From: Octopus sinensis
Lineage: Eukaryota
Reading direction: 5' to 3'
Assembly (NCBI RefSeq): GCF_006345805.1
Contig: NC_043019.1
Location: forward strand, 4,897,360-4,961,359
Length of the DNA stretch: 64,000 nucleotides
Under the pieces are notes generated by a model that ran no database searches, had not been told where the DNA came from, and saw only the letters and a list, made by a program, of their open reading frames with translations. Below are positions 49,307 through 60,995 of the stretch, in pieces; the stretch's first letter is position 1, and the number at the start of each line of letters is the position of its first letter. The translations under genes and the position numbers were made by a program.

Positions 49307-51505
49307 GTAATTAAGCTGTCATTTTTGCATGCCTTCCATTATAGCAAGACACCTGTTTCTACCTCTCTGTCTCTCTGTCACACTAACCTTTCATCCTCTG
49401 ATACAAGTCCTCTTCCTCAAATGCCCCGGCCCCTCTCATAATTCCTTATCTTGTGAGTTACTTGGTGACCCTGCCAGTGCTGGTACCAAGTAAAAAGCAT
49501 CGAATCCATACTAAAGTGGTTGGCATTTGGAAGGGCATCCAGCTGTAAAAACCATGCTAAAACCAACCTTGCCTGTGCTAGTGCCACATAAAAAGCACTA
49601 TGTCCACCCTGCTGAGTGGTTGGTGTCAGGAAGGGTATCCAGCTGTAAAAACCCTACCAAAACAGACAGTGGTCTAGGGTAGTTTTCTTCCTGGTCGGCT
49701 CCTGTCAACCGTTCTACCCATCCGTGCATGGAAGACGGATGTTAAACAATGACGATGATAAATCTTATCTCCTTTCATCTTCAGTGAATTAACCATTAGT
49801 ATTATTATTTAATGTAAGTTATTAATCATCATCATCATCATCATTTAATGTCTGCTTTCCATGCTGGCATGGGTTGGACAGTTCGACTGGGGTCTGGGCA
49901 GCCAGGAGGCTGCACCAGGCCCAGTCTGATCTGGCAGTGTTTCTACAGCTGGATGCCCTTCCTAACGCCAACCAGTCTGTGAGTGTAGTGGGTGCTTTTT
50001 ACATGCCACTGGCCAAAATCGGTTGTTGCTTATTATTAATAATGATTATAATTAATATTATTAATAAACTAGATTTGTCTTTATATCTTTTCCCTGTTAA
50101 AGATCTTTTTCCCGATCTCCTGTTTTTCTTCTTCAACCTCAGTTTTGGTTTTCATCCTAGTGGCTTATCTCAAACAGAGCCAAGCCAACAATGCAAGGGA
50201 TCGATGAAATTTTTACTCCTACTTTCCTACAACTTGTAGCTCTGTACTGATGTGAGAAATCATCATCATCATCATTGTTAATAAGACAGTGAGCTGGCAG
50301 AATCGTTAGCACGCCAGACAAAATGCTTAGCAGCATTGCATCCATCTTTACGTTTTGAGTTCAAATGCTACTGGGGTCGACTTTGCCTTTCGTCCTATGG
50401 CGGTTTGTTATGCTACCTTAAGCTTTCTCTTACGTTATATTATTTTATTTGGCTTTTTTCTGAGTAAGGAGGAATATAATGATCAAACGTCACTTATACT
50501 TAAGTGTTATCATTATACCTAAAACCCTAACTACAGTATATAACGTCATAGAGACATATACACATGAAACGCTATGAATATTAATGACATGTATGTTGAA
50601 TATTTTCTTCGTGTTCTTTCAACCGCTATAAGAAAATATAAATTAATGATTACAGAAATGCATATTTATTTATACTCAGTTGACAAAACAAATGTGAAGA
50701 GAAACATTTTCTTAATTAGTTTTATTATATAAATATAACATTTTATATTATTTACAGTAGGAAAGAAAGATAACTTTGTTGTGTAGAAGAACGACTATAA
50801 ATTCATTAACTAATTCTAACTAATACATTAATCAACAAATCAAAATAGACTTGTGATTAACTTTAGACATGGCATGTCTCAAAAGAGTGAGTGTTGTGGA
50901 GTTTAGTGACATCCAACAAACACTGAAGTTTTTCCCAAAATCCAGGGTTTTTATAACTGCTCGACTTAAAAGAATCGAAATCCATTACAAATATTCTTTA
51001 CGAAACTTTTAGAATCTTTATATGAGCAGTTATATTAACCAATGGAAAAAAACGAAAATAATAATTCTTCACCAATATGACATTACGTCATATTGCCAAT
51101 TCGCGCCATATTTCAAAATGGCTAAAATGGTTATTGCTACAGTCCTTTCAGGCTCAATAAATTAAGTACCAGTTACGCACTGGGGTCGATGTAATCGACT
51201 GGTTCCCACCTCAAAAATGTCAGGCCTTGTGCCTATAGTAGACAGGATTATTATTATTATTATTAAAAAGGCAAGCTGGCAAGTCATTTAGCGAACCAGG
51301 AAGAATACTAAGCAAACCTTCTGCCTATAGCAGAAAGGATTATTATTATTACCATTTTTAAGCAGCATGCTGGACAAGATGCTTAATGGAATTTCTTCTG
51401 GCTTTAGGTTCTGAGTTCAAATTCTACCAAGGTCAACTTTTCCTTCATTCTTTCAGGATTGGTAAAATAAGTAGCAGTTGAGTACTGAGGTCAATGTAAT
51501 CAACT

Positions 51506-51857
51506 AGCTCACTCACTCACTCCTCACTCACTCACTCTTCACTCACTCACTCTTCACTCACTCACCACTCACTCACTCACTCCTCACTCACTCACTCACC
51601 ACTCACTCACTCCTCACTCATTCCTCACTCACTCACCACTCACTCACTCACTCACTCACTCACTTCTCACTCACTCCTCACTCACTCCTCACTCACTCAC
51701 TCCTCACTCACTCACTCCTCACTCACTCACCACTCACTCACTCACCCCTCACTCACTCCTCACTCACTCACCACTCACTCCTCACTCACTCACTCACTCC
51801 TCACTCACTCACTCCTCACTCTTTCACTCACCACTCACTCACTCACTCCTCACTCAC
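51506..51857. repeat. ~350-bp degenerate (ACTC)n microsatellite inside a family-B SINE
   Basis: Directly visible; ends 36 nt upstream of the exon 15 acceptor. Confidence 0.95.
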
Positions 51858-51893
51858 TGTATCTACAGCAGAAAGAATTATTTGTTATTTTAG

Positions 51894-51999
51894 GCTGAAG
51901 AAAACATGAAAAAATATGGTAAAACCCTAATGAGAGAAGTGCCACAACCCACCACAGAAGTACTGAAGCAGCTCTGTACAGATTATCGTCCTTCTGATC
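51894..51999 (+). CDS. VPS11: VPS11 exon 15 (AEENMKKYGKTLMREVPQPTTEVLKQLCTDYRPSD)
   Basis: Acceptor ttttag, donor gtaagt; 106 nt, ends in phase 1. Confidence 0.97.
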
Positions 52000-52103
52000 G
52001 TAAGTTCCAATCATCCTATCGTTATAATTACTGTCAACTATCTTATAAGATTTCTACACACAGAACCACCATCTCTTTTCTACTGTTATTGCTTGCTTGA
52101 TAA

Positions 52104-52623
52104 TCTCTCTATATATAAACAGCAAAATGTCTGTGTGTGTGTCCTTTATACAAATCCACAGTTTTTCAGTAAGAGGGCTCGCACTCTCTATGGTCATTTA
52201 AAACCGTCCAAGGGTGGTCGTGCACATCTTTACATTTCCCCAGTCACCCCACAAATCTCTATATATATAAACGGCAAAATGTCTGTGTGTGTCTCCTTTA
52301 TACAAATCCACAATTTTTCAGTTAGGGGGCTCACACTTTCTATGGTCATTTAAAACCGTCCAAGGGTGGTCGTGCACATCTTTACATTCCCCTAGCCACC
52401 CCACAAAGCCATTTAAAAGAAATCAATAGCAGTGACTTTTTTGTGAATTTTCTATCCAACACCCAATCAAAATGCAGCGAAACTTGATACACCAATTGAA
52501 TGCCAGCTAGCTGTATGTGGTTGGTCGCAGATTTGGACAGTACTCATGTATAAGTGCGCACGCACGCAGCTGTATATGCATGCACTAGCACTATGACCTG
52601 GCGTTGCCGGGTCATAGTGCTAG
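52104..52623 (+). mobile_element. Helitron-like family H2 with duplicated 5' 152 bp and long terminal hairpin
   Basis: 5' TC...CTATATATAAAC occurs twice (52104, 52256); 3' ACTAGCACTATGACCTGG-CGTTG-CCGGGTCATAGTGCTAGT. Confidence 0.7.
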
Positions 52624-52886
52624 TCATTTTAGTATTTACTTTCTTGTGGTGTGAAATAAGATGAAGGTCCTTTCTCAAGTTAACAGGACAAATGTATGTT
52701 CATAAATAGCACTCTCACAACACACACACACACACATTTTATTTATTTATTTATTTATTTATTTATTAGGCTGACAAAAGGGGAACATTCCAATGACTTG
52801 CAGGATCTTTCAGACTGTTAGGGTCAATGGCGGGTTGATTTTTTTTTTTCTTTCCTCTGTTTTGCTGCTCTTGCAGATTGCCACAA

Positions 52887-53218
52887 CTCTGTCACCATCC
52901 AATTCCATTGTTATGAATTTGAATTGGGATCTTGAATCATAGGGAATCTTTCATTAACTGATTCCACAACCATGGCCACCACCCCTATGGATGCATTTGC
53001 AGCTACTCTTTTGTTAGAGCTTGGTGATCTTGACTATTGATTTCCTAAGATTCCTCTGCTCAGCATCAATGTAAGAAGCACCATTGGCTCGTCTGAGCTC
53101 TTGTGCTACCACTTTACAATTTACAATGCTACAGTCCAATGACTTTGCCATTTATCCCTGGCAGGGTGGCTGAATGGGTCCTATGCCTTGCCAAATGGCA
53201 GCCCCTAACCATGCAGGG
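52887..53218. repeat. Unclassified ~330-bp segment duplicated at 54868-55198
   Basis: Both copies begin CTCTGTCACCATCCAATTCCATTGTTATGAATTTGAATTGGG; roughly 85% identical by eye. Confidence 0.75.
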
Positions 53219-53384
53219 CATAGCTGTCACACTCTATACCTGTATACTTGCATGCGCTGTCCACCAAAATGCTCTGTCCACCAAGATTGCCCTCTCTTAT
53301 TTCTTCTCTGTTTTGGTGCTGGAACTTTTACTGCCAAGATTTGGGGTTTTGGCACATGGGACTGTTGTGTCTTATCATTATTTA

Positions 53385-53782
53385 TCTTTATATATAAAAG
53401 TGAAGTTGTGTGGTGTCTGTCTCCTACAAATTAGATTCCTAACTACTCCCACATTTTGCGGTGCAGTTTAACCAAAACCGGGTATCTTATAGTCGTGATT
53501 CATATCGAGCCCTTCTGGGTATTAGCGCGCGTCTACGATGAGTCTACGATTTTAAAAAAAATTTACCATCATTTTTTTCCATTTTAATGCATTTTTTCGC
53601 TATTATATAAGGGAAGTAACTCTCTAAAAGTTTATTATTAAATCTCAGAGCGTAAAAAGCTACAGTAACCCCCCCCCTTTGTGGTTAGCCATATTGAGAT
53701 GGCTATTATACTTTACATCTCTAAAAATGCTTATATAGTTATTTCCCTTACAAACCCGAGCAACGCCGGGCGATACTGCTAG
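53385..53782 (+). mobile_element. Helitron H1 carrying an 88-bp insertion
   Basis: TC...hairpin...CTAG, inserted at AT. Confidence 0.85.
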
Positions 53783-55197
53783 TTTATTATATAATATTTA
53801 GGTAAATTATGAGATAACAATTACTTATATATAATTAATAATAATACAAGGTCTACAGTTTCCTATTTCTATTTCGTCTGTAAATATGTTTTTATTCACG
53901 AGCAGTGCCTCGTGTTCTATCAATTTACCACTCTAGCAAAACCTTTGTTTTATATTATCACTATACTATACTGTACTATAGTACAGGCATACTGTCACTA
54001 GCATTATTTGCTACTATACTATCTGTCATCTATGCTGTCACTATATTATAGACCCTTCAATTATGAAGTTATCCCAATACTGTCACCAAGGTAACAGAAA
54101 CTATGATCAACATGGAGTAAAGCCCCTCCACAATTCATAAACTTCACTCCCTTTCTTTCATTAACTGCTAATTACTCCTATATATCTAAAGTCTTGTTTC
54201 TTTATTGACCAATCATACCTCTGTCTGCCTACCTACAACTTCCATTCAGGACACATCACTAAGATCTCCACTGTTCCTTTCTTTCATATTAAGCAGCACC
54301 AATTCCTTCATTGAACTGCGATATTGAAGCCTCTCTCCATTTTGGAACTTTGCCTTTTTGATCTTTTTCTCTCTGTATTCCAGACCATAATTCCATGTGT
54401 TTGACATTTTCTATAATCTCTGCAATAAGAACCAAGTCATTAGCATTCCAATTAAGGATAAGCGGTCTTGCATTCATATATCATAACTCTCCCCTGCTCC
54501 CAACATAAATTAGATAAAAGAAGGCCCCGTTTCGTGTCCGTTGCCAGCCTCGCCTGGCCCTCGTGCCGGTGGCACATAAAAAGCACCATCCGTTCGTGGC
54601 CGTTTGCCAGCTCTGTCTGGCACCAGTGCGGGTGGCACGTAAAAAGCACCCACTACACTCACGGAGTGGTTGGCGTTAGGAAGGGCATCCAGCCGTAGAA
54701 ACACTGCCAGATTTGACTGGGCCTGATGAAGCCTTCTGGCTTCACAGACCCCAGTAGAACCGTCCAACCCATGCTAGCATGGAAAGCGGACGCTAAACAA
54801 TGATGATGATGATGATGATGTGACTTCTGATTTTTTTTCCCCCGCTGCTTTCATGGATTCCATGACCCTCTGTCACCATCCAATTCCATTGTTATGAATT
54901 TGAATTGGGAACTTGAATCATAGGGAATCTTCCATTAACTGATTCCACAACCATGGCCACCACCCCTATTGATGCATTTGCAGTTACTCTCTTGACAGAG
55001 CTTGGTGATACTGATTCTTAATCTTCTAGGATTCCTCCGCTCAGCATCAATGTCAGAAGCACCATTGGCTCAGTTGAGCTCGTCCACTCCCTCTTCACAA
55101 TCCACCATGCTGCAGTCCCATCACTTTGCCATATCCCTAGCAGGGTGGCTGAACGGGGTGTTATGCCTTGCCAAAGGGCAACCCATAACTATGCAAG

Positions 55198-55420
55198 GCG
55201 GCGAGCTAGCAGAATCGTTAGCGAAATGCTTAGCGGTATTTCGCCTGGCGCTACATTCTGAGTTCAAATTCCGCCGAGGTTGACTTTGCCTTTCATCCTT
55301 TCGGGGTCAATTAAATAAGTACCAGTTACGCACTGGGGTCGATATAATCGACTTAATCCGTTTGTCTGTCCTTGTTTGTCCTCTCTGTGTTTAGCCCCTT
55401 GTGGGTAGTAAAGAAATAGG
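55198..55420 (+). mobile_element. Deu/Nin-domain-like SINE family B; other copies at ~6040-6300, 13000-13465 (three, mixed orientation), 37715-37945(-), 40833-41070(-), 41455-41790(-), 42262-42480, 50285-51270 (split), 51355-51880
   Basis: GCCTTTCATCCTTTCGGGGTC...AAGTACCAG...GGGGTCGAT(A/G)TAATCGAC body; domain name assigned from recall. Confidence 0.8.
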
Positions 55421-55785
55421 TATGCTCACCACTATGTGAGGTATTTTAAAAATACCCAGATACCTGAAATGAATGGTTGATTCCCAGTTTAAATTTTGAC
55501 AGAGCGGGGAGAAATCAAGCCGGCTGCAGCTCTAGGAAAGAATTGTCTAAGTACTGAACATTTTAACCATTTAGCATTTAAACTGGCCATATCTGGCCAG
55601 AACCTGTTTTATGTTCAGACCAGACAGACCTGGCTTCTCACACTTACCCTACAATGTCATTCTAAGAATACAGAGCCACATGGTCAAACTCTCAAAGGTA
55701 CAAGATAATGCACAATATATTGAAAATGGTGTGATTTAATAAGCATTGATTTTGACAGAATAATCTGAATGCTAAAAGGGTTAAA

Positions 55786-57320
55786 ACATAACAATAACTC
55801 TGAGCACCTTTTCAAACTCCACCTGTCTAACACCCGTGGACATGTTTACAAAGTCAGAAAACAGCACAGCTCCCATAACTTTCGGAAACATTTTTTCATG
55901 CTAAGAGTTGCTGAAGCATGGAACTGACTGCCGGCATCAGTTCTTAGTTGTCGGAGCACTGCATCCATCAAAACTTCCATGCTTCCTGAGATTCGCCAAC
56001 ACTACACCTGATTTTCTCCCCTCCATACACACACTGAAGCATGGAACAGACTGCCGGCATCAGTTGTTAGTTGTCGGAGCACTGCATCCTTCAAAACTTC
56101 CATGCTTCCTGAGATTTGCCAACACTACACCTGATTTTCTCCCCTCCATACACACGCTGATGCATGGAACAAACTGCCGGCATCAGTTGTTAGTTGTCGG
56201 AGCACTGCATCCTTCAAAACTTCCATGCTTCCTGAGATTCGCCAACACTACACCTGATTTTCTCCCCTCCATACACACACAAGCATGTATCTGACTCATA
56301 CACTGTTCCCTTCCCAGACATTTGTACATTACTGCATATGCTTTATACACACTTTCTGACAAGTTGTGAGGCACCTGAGCACTATATACAATAATTTCAT
56401 TATTATTATTCCTGAGATTCGCCAACACTACACCTGATCTTTTCCCCCCTCCATACACACGCAAGCATGTATCTGACTCATACACTGTTCGCTTTCCCAA
56501 CATTTCTACATTACTGCATATGCTTTATACACACTTTTTGACAAGTTGTGGTGCACCTGAGCACTGTATACAATAATTTCATTATTATTATCCCTGAGAT
56601 TCGCCAACACTACACCTGATTTTCTCCCCTCCATACACACGCAAGCATGTATCTGACTCATACACTGTTCCCTTCCCAGACATTTGTACATTACTGCATA
56701 TGCTTTATACACACTTTCTGACAAGTTGTGAGGCACCTGAGCACTATATACAATAATTTCATTATTATTATTCCTGAGATTCGCCAACACTACACCTGAT
56801 TTTCTCCCCTCCATACACACGCAAGCATGTATCTGACTCATACACTGTTCCCTTCCCAGACATTTGTACATTACTGCATATGCTTTATACACACTTTCTG
56901 ACAAGTTGTGAGGCACCTGAGCACTGTATACAATAATTTCATTATTATTATTCCTGAGATTCGCCAACACTACACCTGATCTTTTCCCCCCTCCATACAC
57001 ACGCAAGCATGTATCTGACTCATACACTGTTCACTTTCTCGACATTTGTACATTACTGCATATGCTTTATACACACTTTCTGACAAGTTGTGAGGCACCT
57101 GAGCACTATATACAATAATTTCATTATTATTATTCCTGAGATTCGCCAACACCACACCTGATCTTTTCCCCCCTCCATACACACGCAAGCATGTATCTGA
57201 CTCATACACTGTTCGCTTTCCCAACATTTCTACATTACTGCATATGCTTTATACACACTTTTTGACAAGTTGTGGTGCACCTGAGCACAGTATACAATAA
57301 TTTCATTATTATTATTATTA
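55786..57320 (+). repeat. CR1 3' end amplified in tandem: 3 x 123-bp unit followed by 6 x ~180-bp unit
   Basis: cctgagattcgccaac recurs at 55985, 56108, 56231, 56411, ~56592, 56773, 56953 and 57135. Confidence 0.93.
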
Positions 57321-57775
57321 TAAGTGTCAGAGAAGTCTGACTGGAAGAAAATGCAGTTATAGAGAAGTCTGGAAGAAAATCTCCATTATAGTAGCTGTAG
57401 CAATGGCAGATAGAAAAAAACCCACATTAAAAAACAAATACATGGGCTTGATGTACATGTTTATGGTACCATGTTGTTAGTGGGTGACCAATTAAGCATG
57501 TGGGATCTACATCAATGGCAGATACTAAGTGTGAGCTAAAGGAAAAAACAGAAGATATTTCAAATTTTCAAATTGTGTGATAAATAAAATGAAATATCTG
57601 TTTTAGCTACAGCCAGATAGAGTTGTAAAAATTCCTTAAAAAGAGAATTCAAATCTCAGAATTAATCGGTAAAGATTACTCTAAGGACAACTCCCAATAT
57701 TAGTATTATATAATAATGCTAAAGAATATACTTTTCCTGTGTGTATTTGTGAATCTTGAGGGATATTGTTAATTT

Positions 57776-58194
57776 GGATCTTTTTGCTTTGACCGGCAGA
57801 TTTTAAAAATAATTTCTAGCGGTGTCATATGAAATTGTCACCCATAATTATGACCCTAGTATCGATCTACTACATTTCAATGTTTTAGGGTTAGGGGTGA
57901 GGGGAAGGATATCTTTTTTTCTTCAGAAATGTAAATAAACCCAATCTGTTTCTTAAACAAGGGACATATTCGTACGGCACAGAATGTTTTCACCTCAATA
58001 GACGTCACTGATTGGTTGAAATTGCAGAAATTGAAGAAAAAAAACAACAAATATCTTACAAACTATGGAATTTTCTCAATAAAGCCAAGAGAAAAAGATG
58101 TTTTATAAAGACATTCTACCAGTATAAGAAGTTTAAAAGTGTTTAGTTACATGGAAATTATTTTAAAAATCTGCCAGTCAAAGTGAAAAGATCC
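57776..58194. mobile_element. Merlin-like MITE, 8-bp TSD GTTAATTT
   Basis: TSD at 57768-57775 / 58195-58202. Confidence 0.85.
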
Positions 58195-58297
58195 GTTAAT
58201 TTTTAAGATATTTTATAATGTTATCAGATGATCTCTGTTGTATCATTTAAATTAGTCTTTTTTTAAAAAATGTTTTCCTCTCGTTTCATATTCCCAG

Positions 58298-58327
58298 AGC
58301 CATTAATTGACCAAAATGTTTTGGATG
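58298..58327 (+). CDS. VPS11: VPS11 exon 16, 30-nt microexon (QPLIDQNVLDG)
   Basis: Strong pyrimidine tract ending ttcccag and donor gtaagt; phase 1/1; lies in the variable linker between DYRPS and EEFI. Confidence 0.75.
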
Positions 58328-58579
58328 GTAAGTCAGTCTCTTTCTTCTGACCTGATAATGTTGTTTATATCATCATCATCATCGTTTAACATCCGTTTTC
58401 CATGCTAGCATGGGTTGGATGGTTCGACCGGGGATCTGGGAAGCCAGGAGGCTGCACCAGGCTCCAGTCTGTTCTGGCAGTGTTTCTACAGCTGGATGCC
58501 CTTCCTAACGCCAACCACTCCAAGAGTGTAGTGGGTGCTTTTTACGTGCCACCGGCACAGGTGCCAGGGGAGGCTGAAC

Positions 58580-58900
58580 CATTCTGTGATCATTCTTTTC
58601 TTCCCGAGTATGACATATACTTACTTGTAATTCACCTGGGATGTGTTGAACTGACTTTGACCAACGAGTTCACTACGTCCCTCACAAATGCTGACCACAT
58701 CTCACCATCGGTTACGGTCGAGGCTGTAATGGACACCCACTTTCATTTCCATTGCCAAAGACTGTAGACTTGGAGGCCTGATTCAGCTTCCATGTCTGCC
58801 TTTCCTGTTGCCTGCCATATCTTCAGTTGTCCTCTTGTTCGTTTGCGCCAACCTGGGAGGGAAACCACGTTGAGCTTTTTCATGGAACTCTGAATCTTTT
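58580..58900 (-). mobile_element. Possible degenerate RTE-like C-terminal fragment
   Basis: Minus strand GWRKRTRGQLKIWQATGKADM resembles the RTE R-x-RG-x-x-K-x-W motif; weak. Confidence 0.35.
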
Positions 58901-59175
58901 TGGGAAGAACCAAGGAAATTATTTCCTTATTAGAGACCTAGCCTGATTTTTTGCAACAGAGTTGGATTTCACTAAAGGCATCCAAGGGACAAGTGATGGT
59001 GTTAAGTCTGCCACTAAAAATCCAATGAAATCCACCTGATGGGCTTCCACACAGTTTCCATCTGTCTGATTTCATTCACAAGTTCATAGTAGTAGGTGCC
59101 CAATGTACCATAGAGTTGGATTGAACCTGGAGCCACATGATTGAAAAGCCAAGTTTGTGACCATAAAAACGCCGC

Positions 59176-59535
59176 CGCTGTGGTGATCTCATTCTCACTC
59201 ACAACATCATAAGCAGAAAGTGTAACCTCTCGAAAGAGCTGTTCTTCACTCCTGCTCCAGAGCGTGGGCTGTGGGGTCACTTCGAAAAGCTCTATCTACG
59301 ATGATTTCATCTCAATCGAAGGAGAGGGGCTTTCTCCGTCCAGGTTGCGGATCCGTGGAATAAGCTGCCGTAAGAGATAGTGAAGATGCCGACGACCGCT
59401 CGGTTCAAAGTCTCTCTTGACCAGAAATGGCCTGAACTCTTTGTATGACCACCCTTCCTGTACATAACTCCCTGTCCCCCTACATGGCCTTGCTTTTACT
59501 TTTTGAGCCAATAAAAATTGAATTGAATTGAATAT
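59176..59535 (+). mobile_element. Second CR1-like family 3' end, sister of the 27820 copy
   Basis: High identity to 27820-28150; ends in an aattg repeat. Confidence 0.82.
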
Positions 59536-59691
59536 TTACATTTCATACAATTTATTGAACAGCTGCACTTTGTTGCATCATTGCAAGAGTGTAACAGTTT
59601 GTATTTTTGCTTTTATTCTTAATTTTTCTAGTTAATTTGTTACTCTTTTATTCATTTATTTTTCCCTATCTTTTCTGTTTCCCTTTTCCAG

Positions 59692-59792
59692 GTGGTATCC
59701 CAAAGATCCAGAAAGCACCTGCTGAAGAATTCATTCACATCTTTGTAAGCAGTTCTGCTCGTCTGACTGAGTTTTTAGAACACATGATCAAA
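59692..59792 (+). CDS. VPS11: VPS11 exon 17 (GIPKIQKAPAEEFIHIFVSSSARLTEFLEHMIK); gene continues beyond the window
   Basis: Acceptor ttccag, donor gtaagc; 101 nt. Human EEFIPIF...AFLEHM. Confidence 0.96.
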
Positions 59793-60574
59793 GTAAGCAC
59801 ATTTTGGTAACTTCAGAATCTTTCGTTAACAGTTTAATTATATATCTAAATTTCATTTAGAAAGCACATAAAAAGTCACTATTCAGGTGTGATCGTTACC
59901 AGCGTCACCTTATTGGCACGTGAAAAACATTCGAGCGAGGTCGTTGCCAAGTGCCACAGGACCGGCTCCTGTGCAGGTGGCACATAAAAAGCACCATTTG
60001 AGCATGGCCATCGCCAGAACCGCCTGACTGGCTGACTGGCTCTTGTGTCGGTGGCACGTAAAAGCACCCACTACACTCTCGGAGTGGTTGGCATTAGGAA
60101 GGCCATCCAGCTGTAGAAACTCTGCCAGATCAGATTGGAGCCTGGTGCAGCCATCTGGTTCGCCAGTCCTCAGTCAAATCGTCCAACACATGCCAGCACG
60201 GAAAGCGGACGTTAAACGATGATGGTGGTGATGAAAGCAGGACCCACAGTTCAATCCACCTAAGAAGATATCAAACTACAAATCAAAGGGACCATGGTTC
60301 ATATTTTGTTTTTGCCTCTGCACTGTGTTTCATAGCTTATTCAGGTTACTCTACCAAATGTAAGGCTTATTTATTCACACGGTTTTGAATTAATCATACA
60401 TTATCTCATAGCTTCAGGATTTCTATATGAATGTTTATTTTCAGAATAACATTGTAGGGTAGGTGTGAGAGGTCGGATATAGCCAGTTTGAACAAAAAAC
60501 AGGTAGAATATTAGGGCTGGATATGGCCATTTTAAGTGCTAAAGGGTTAATTCTAAATGGCCCAATGCACATAA

Positions 60575-60942
60575 CTGGAGATAGGTTCACCCTGAGCCCT
60601 CAAGAGACAAGTTGGAAGTTCGTGTTGGTGTTATGCCTAGGGTGCCATATATTTGGTTTTGTACTTAGCGTTGTTCTAGAGAATGTTTAAGAAACCATAA
60701 GAAAATTATGTTTGTTTTAAAACTTGAGATTACATAGAAAGTATTTTGCGTAGGATATGAGCGGTTCCCATGAGCACTATCTTTTGAATTTCTGCCATTT
60801 TGGGGTTTCCTGGTATCTGAGCTGGGTAGCAATCAGCCCCTTTTGCGATCATTCCCAGGGCACCTATGACAACAGGTATTGTTTTAGTCTTCAGGTTCCA
60901 CATTTTGCTAATTTCTATTTCAATATCTTTATACTTGCTCAG
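60575..60942 (-). mobile_element. 5'-truncated R4/Dong element of a second subfamily
   Basis: Minus strand 60942-60730 reads LSKYKDIEIEISKMWNLKTKTIPVVIGALGMIAKG...KIVLMGTAHILRKILSM*, paralogous to the C-terminus of the adjacent element. 3' boundary approximate. Confidence 0.88.
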
Positions 60943-60947
60943 TTTTT

Positions 60948-60995
60948 TATTATTATTATTAATTATTATTATTATTACTATTATTATTATTATTA
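60948..60995. repeat. (TAA/TTA)n microsatellite between the two Dong elements
   Basis: Directly visible; two interruptions. Confidence 0.9.

Noticed and set aside
54289-54477. LILNWNAN resembling the start of a LINE APE endonuclease
   Set aside because: Single short motif; downstream catalytic motifs not found.
55908-57227. Repetitive ORFs of 85-173 aa
   Set aside because: By-products of the CR1 3'-end tandem array.
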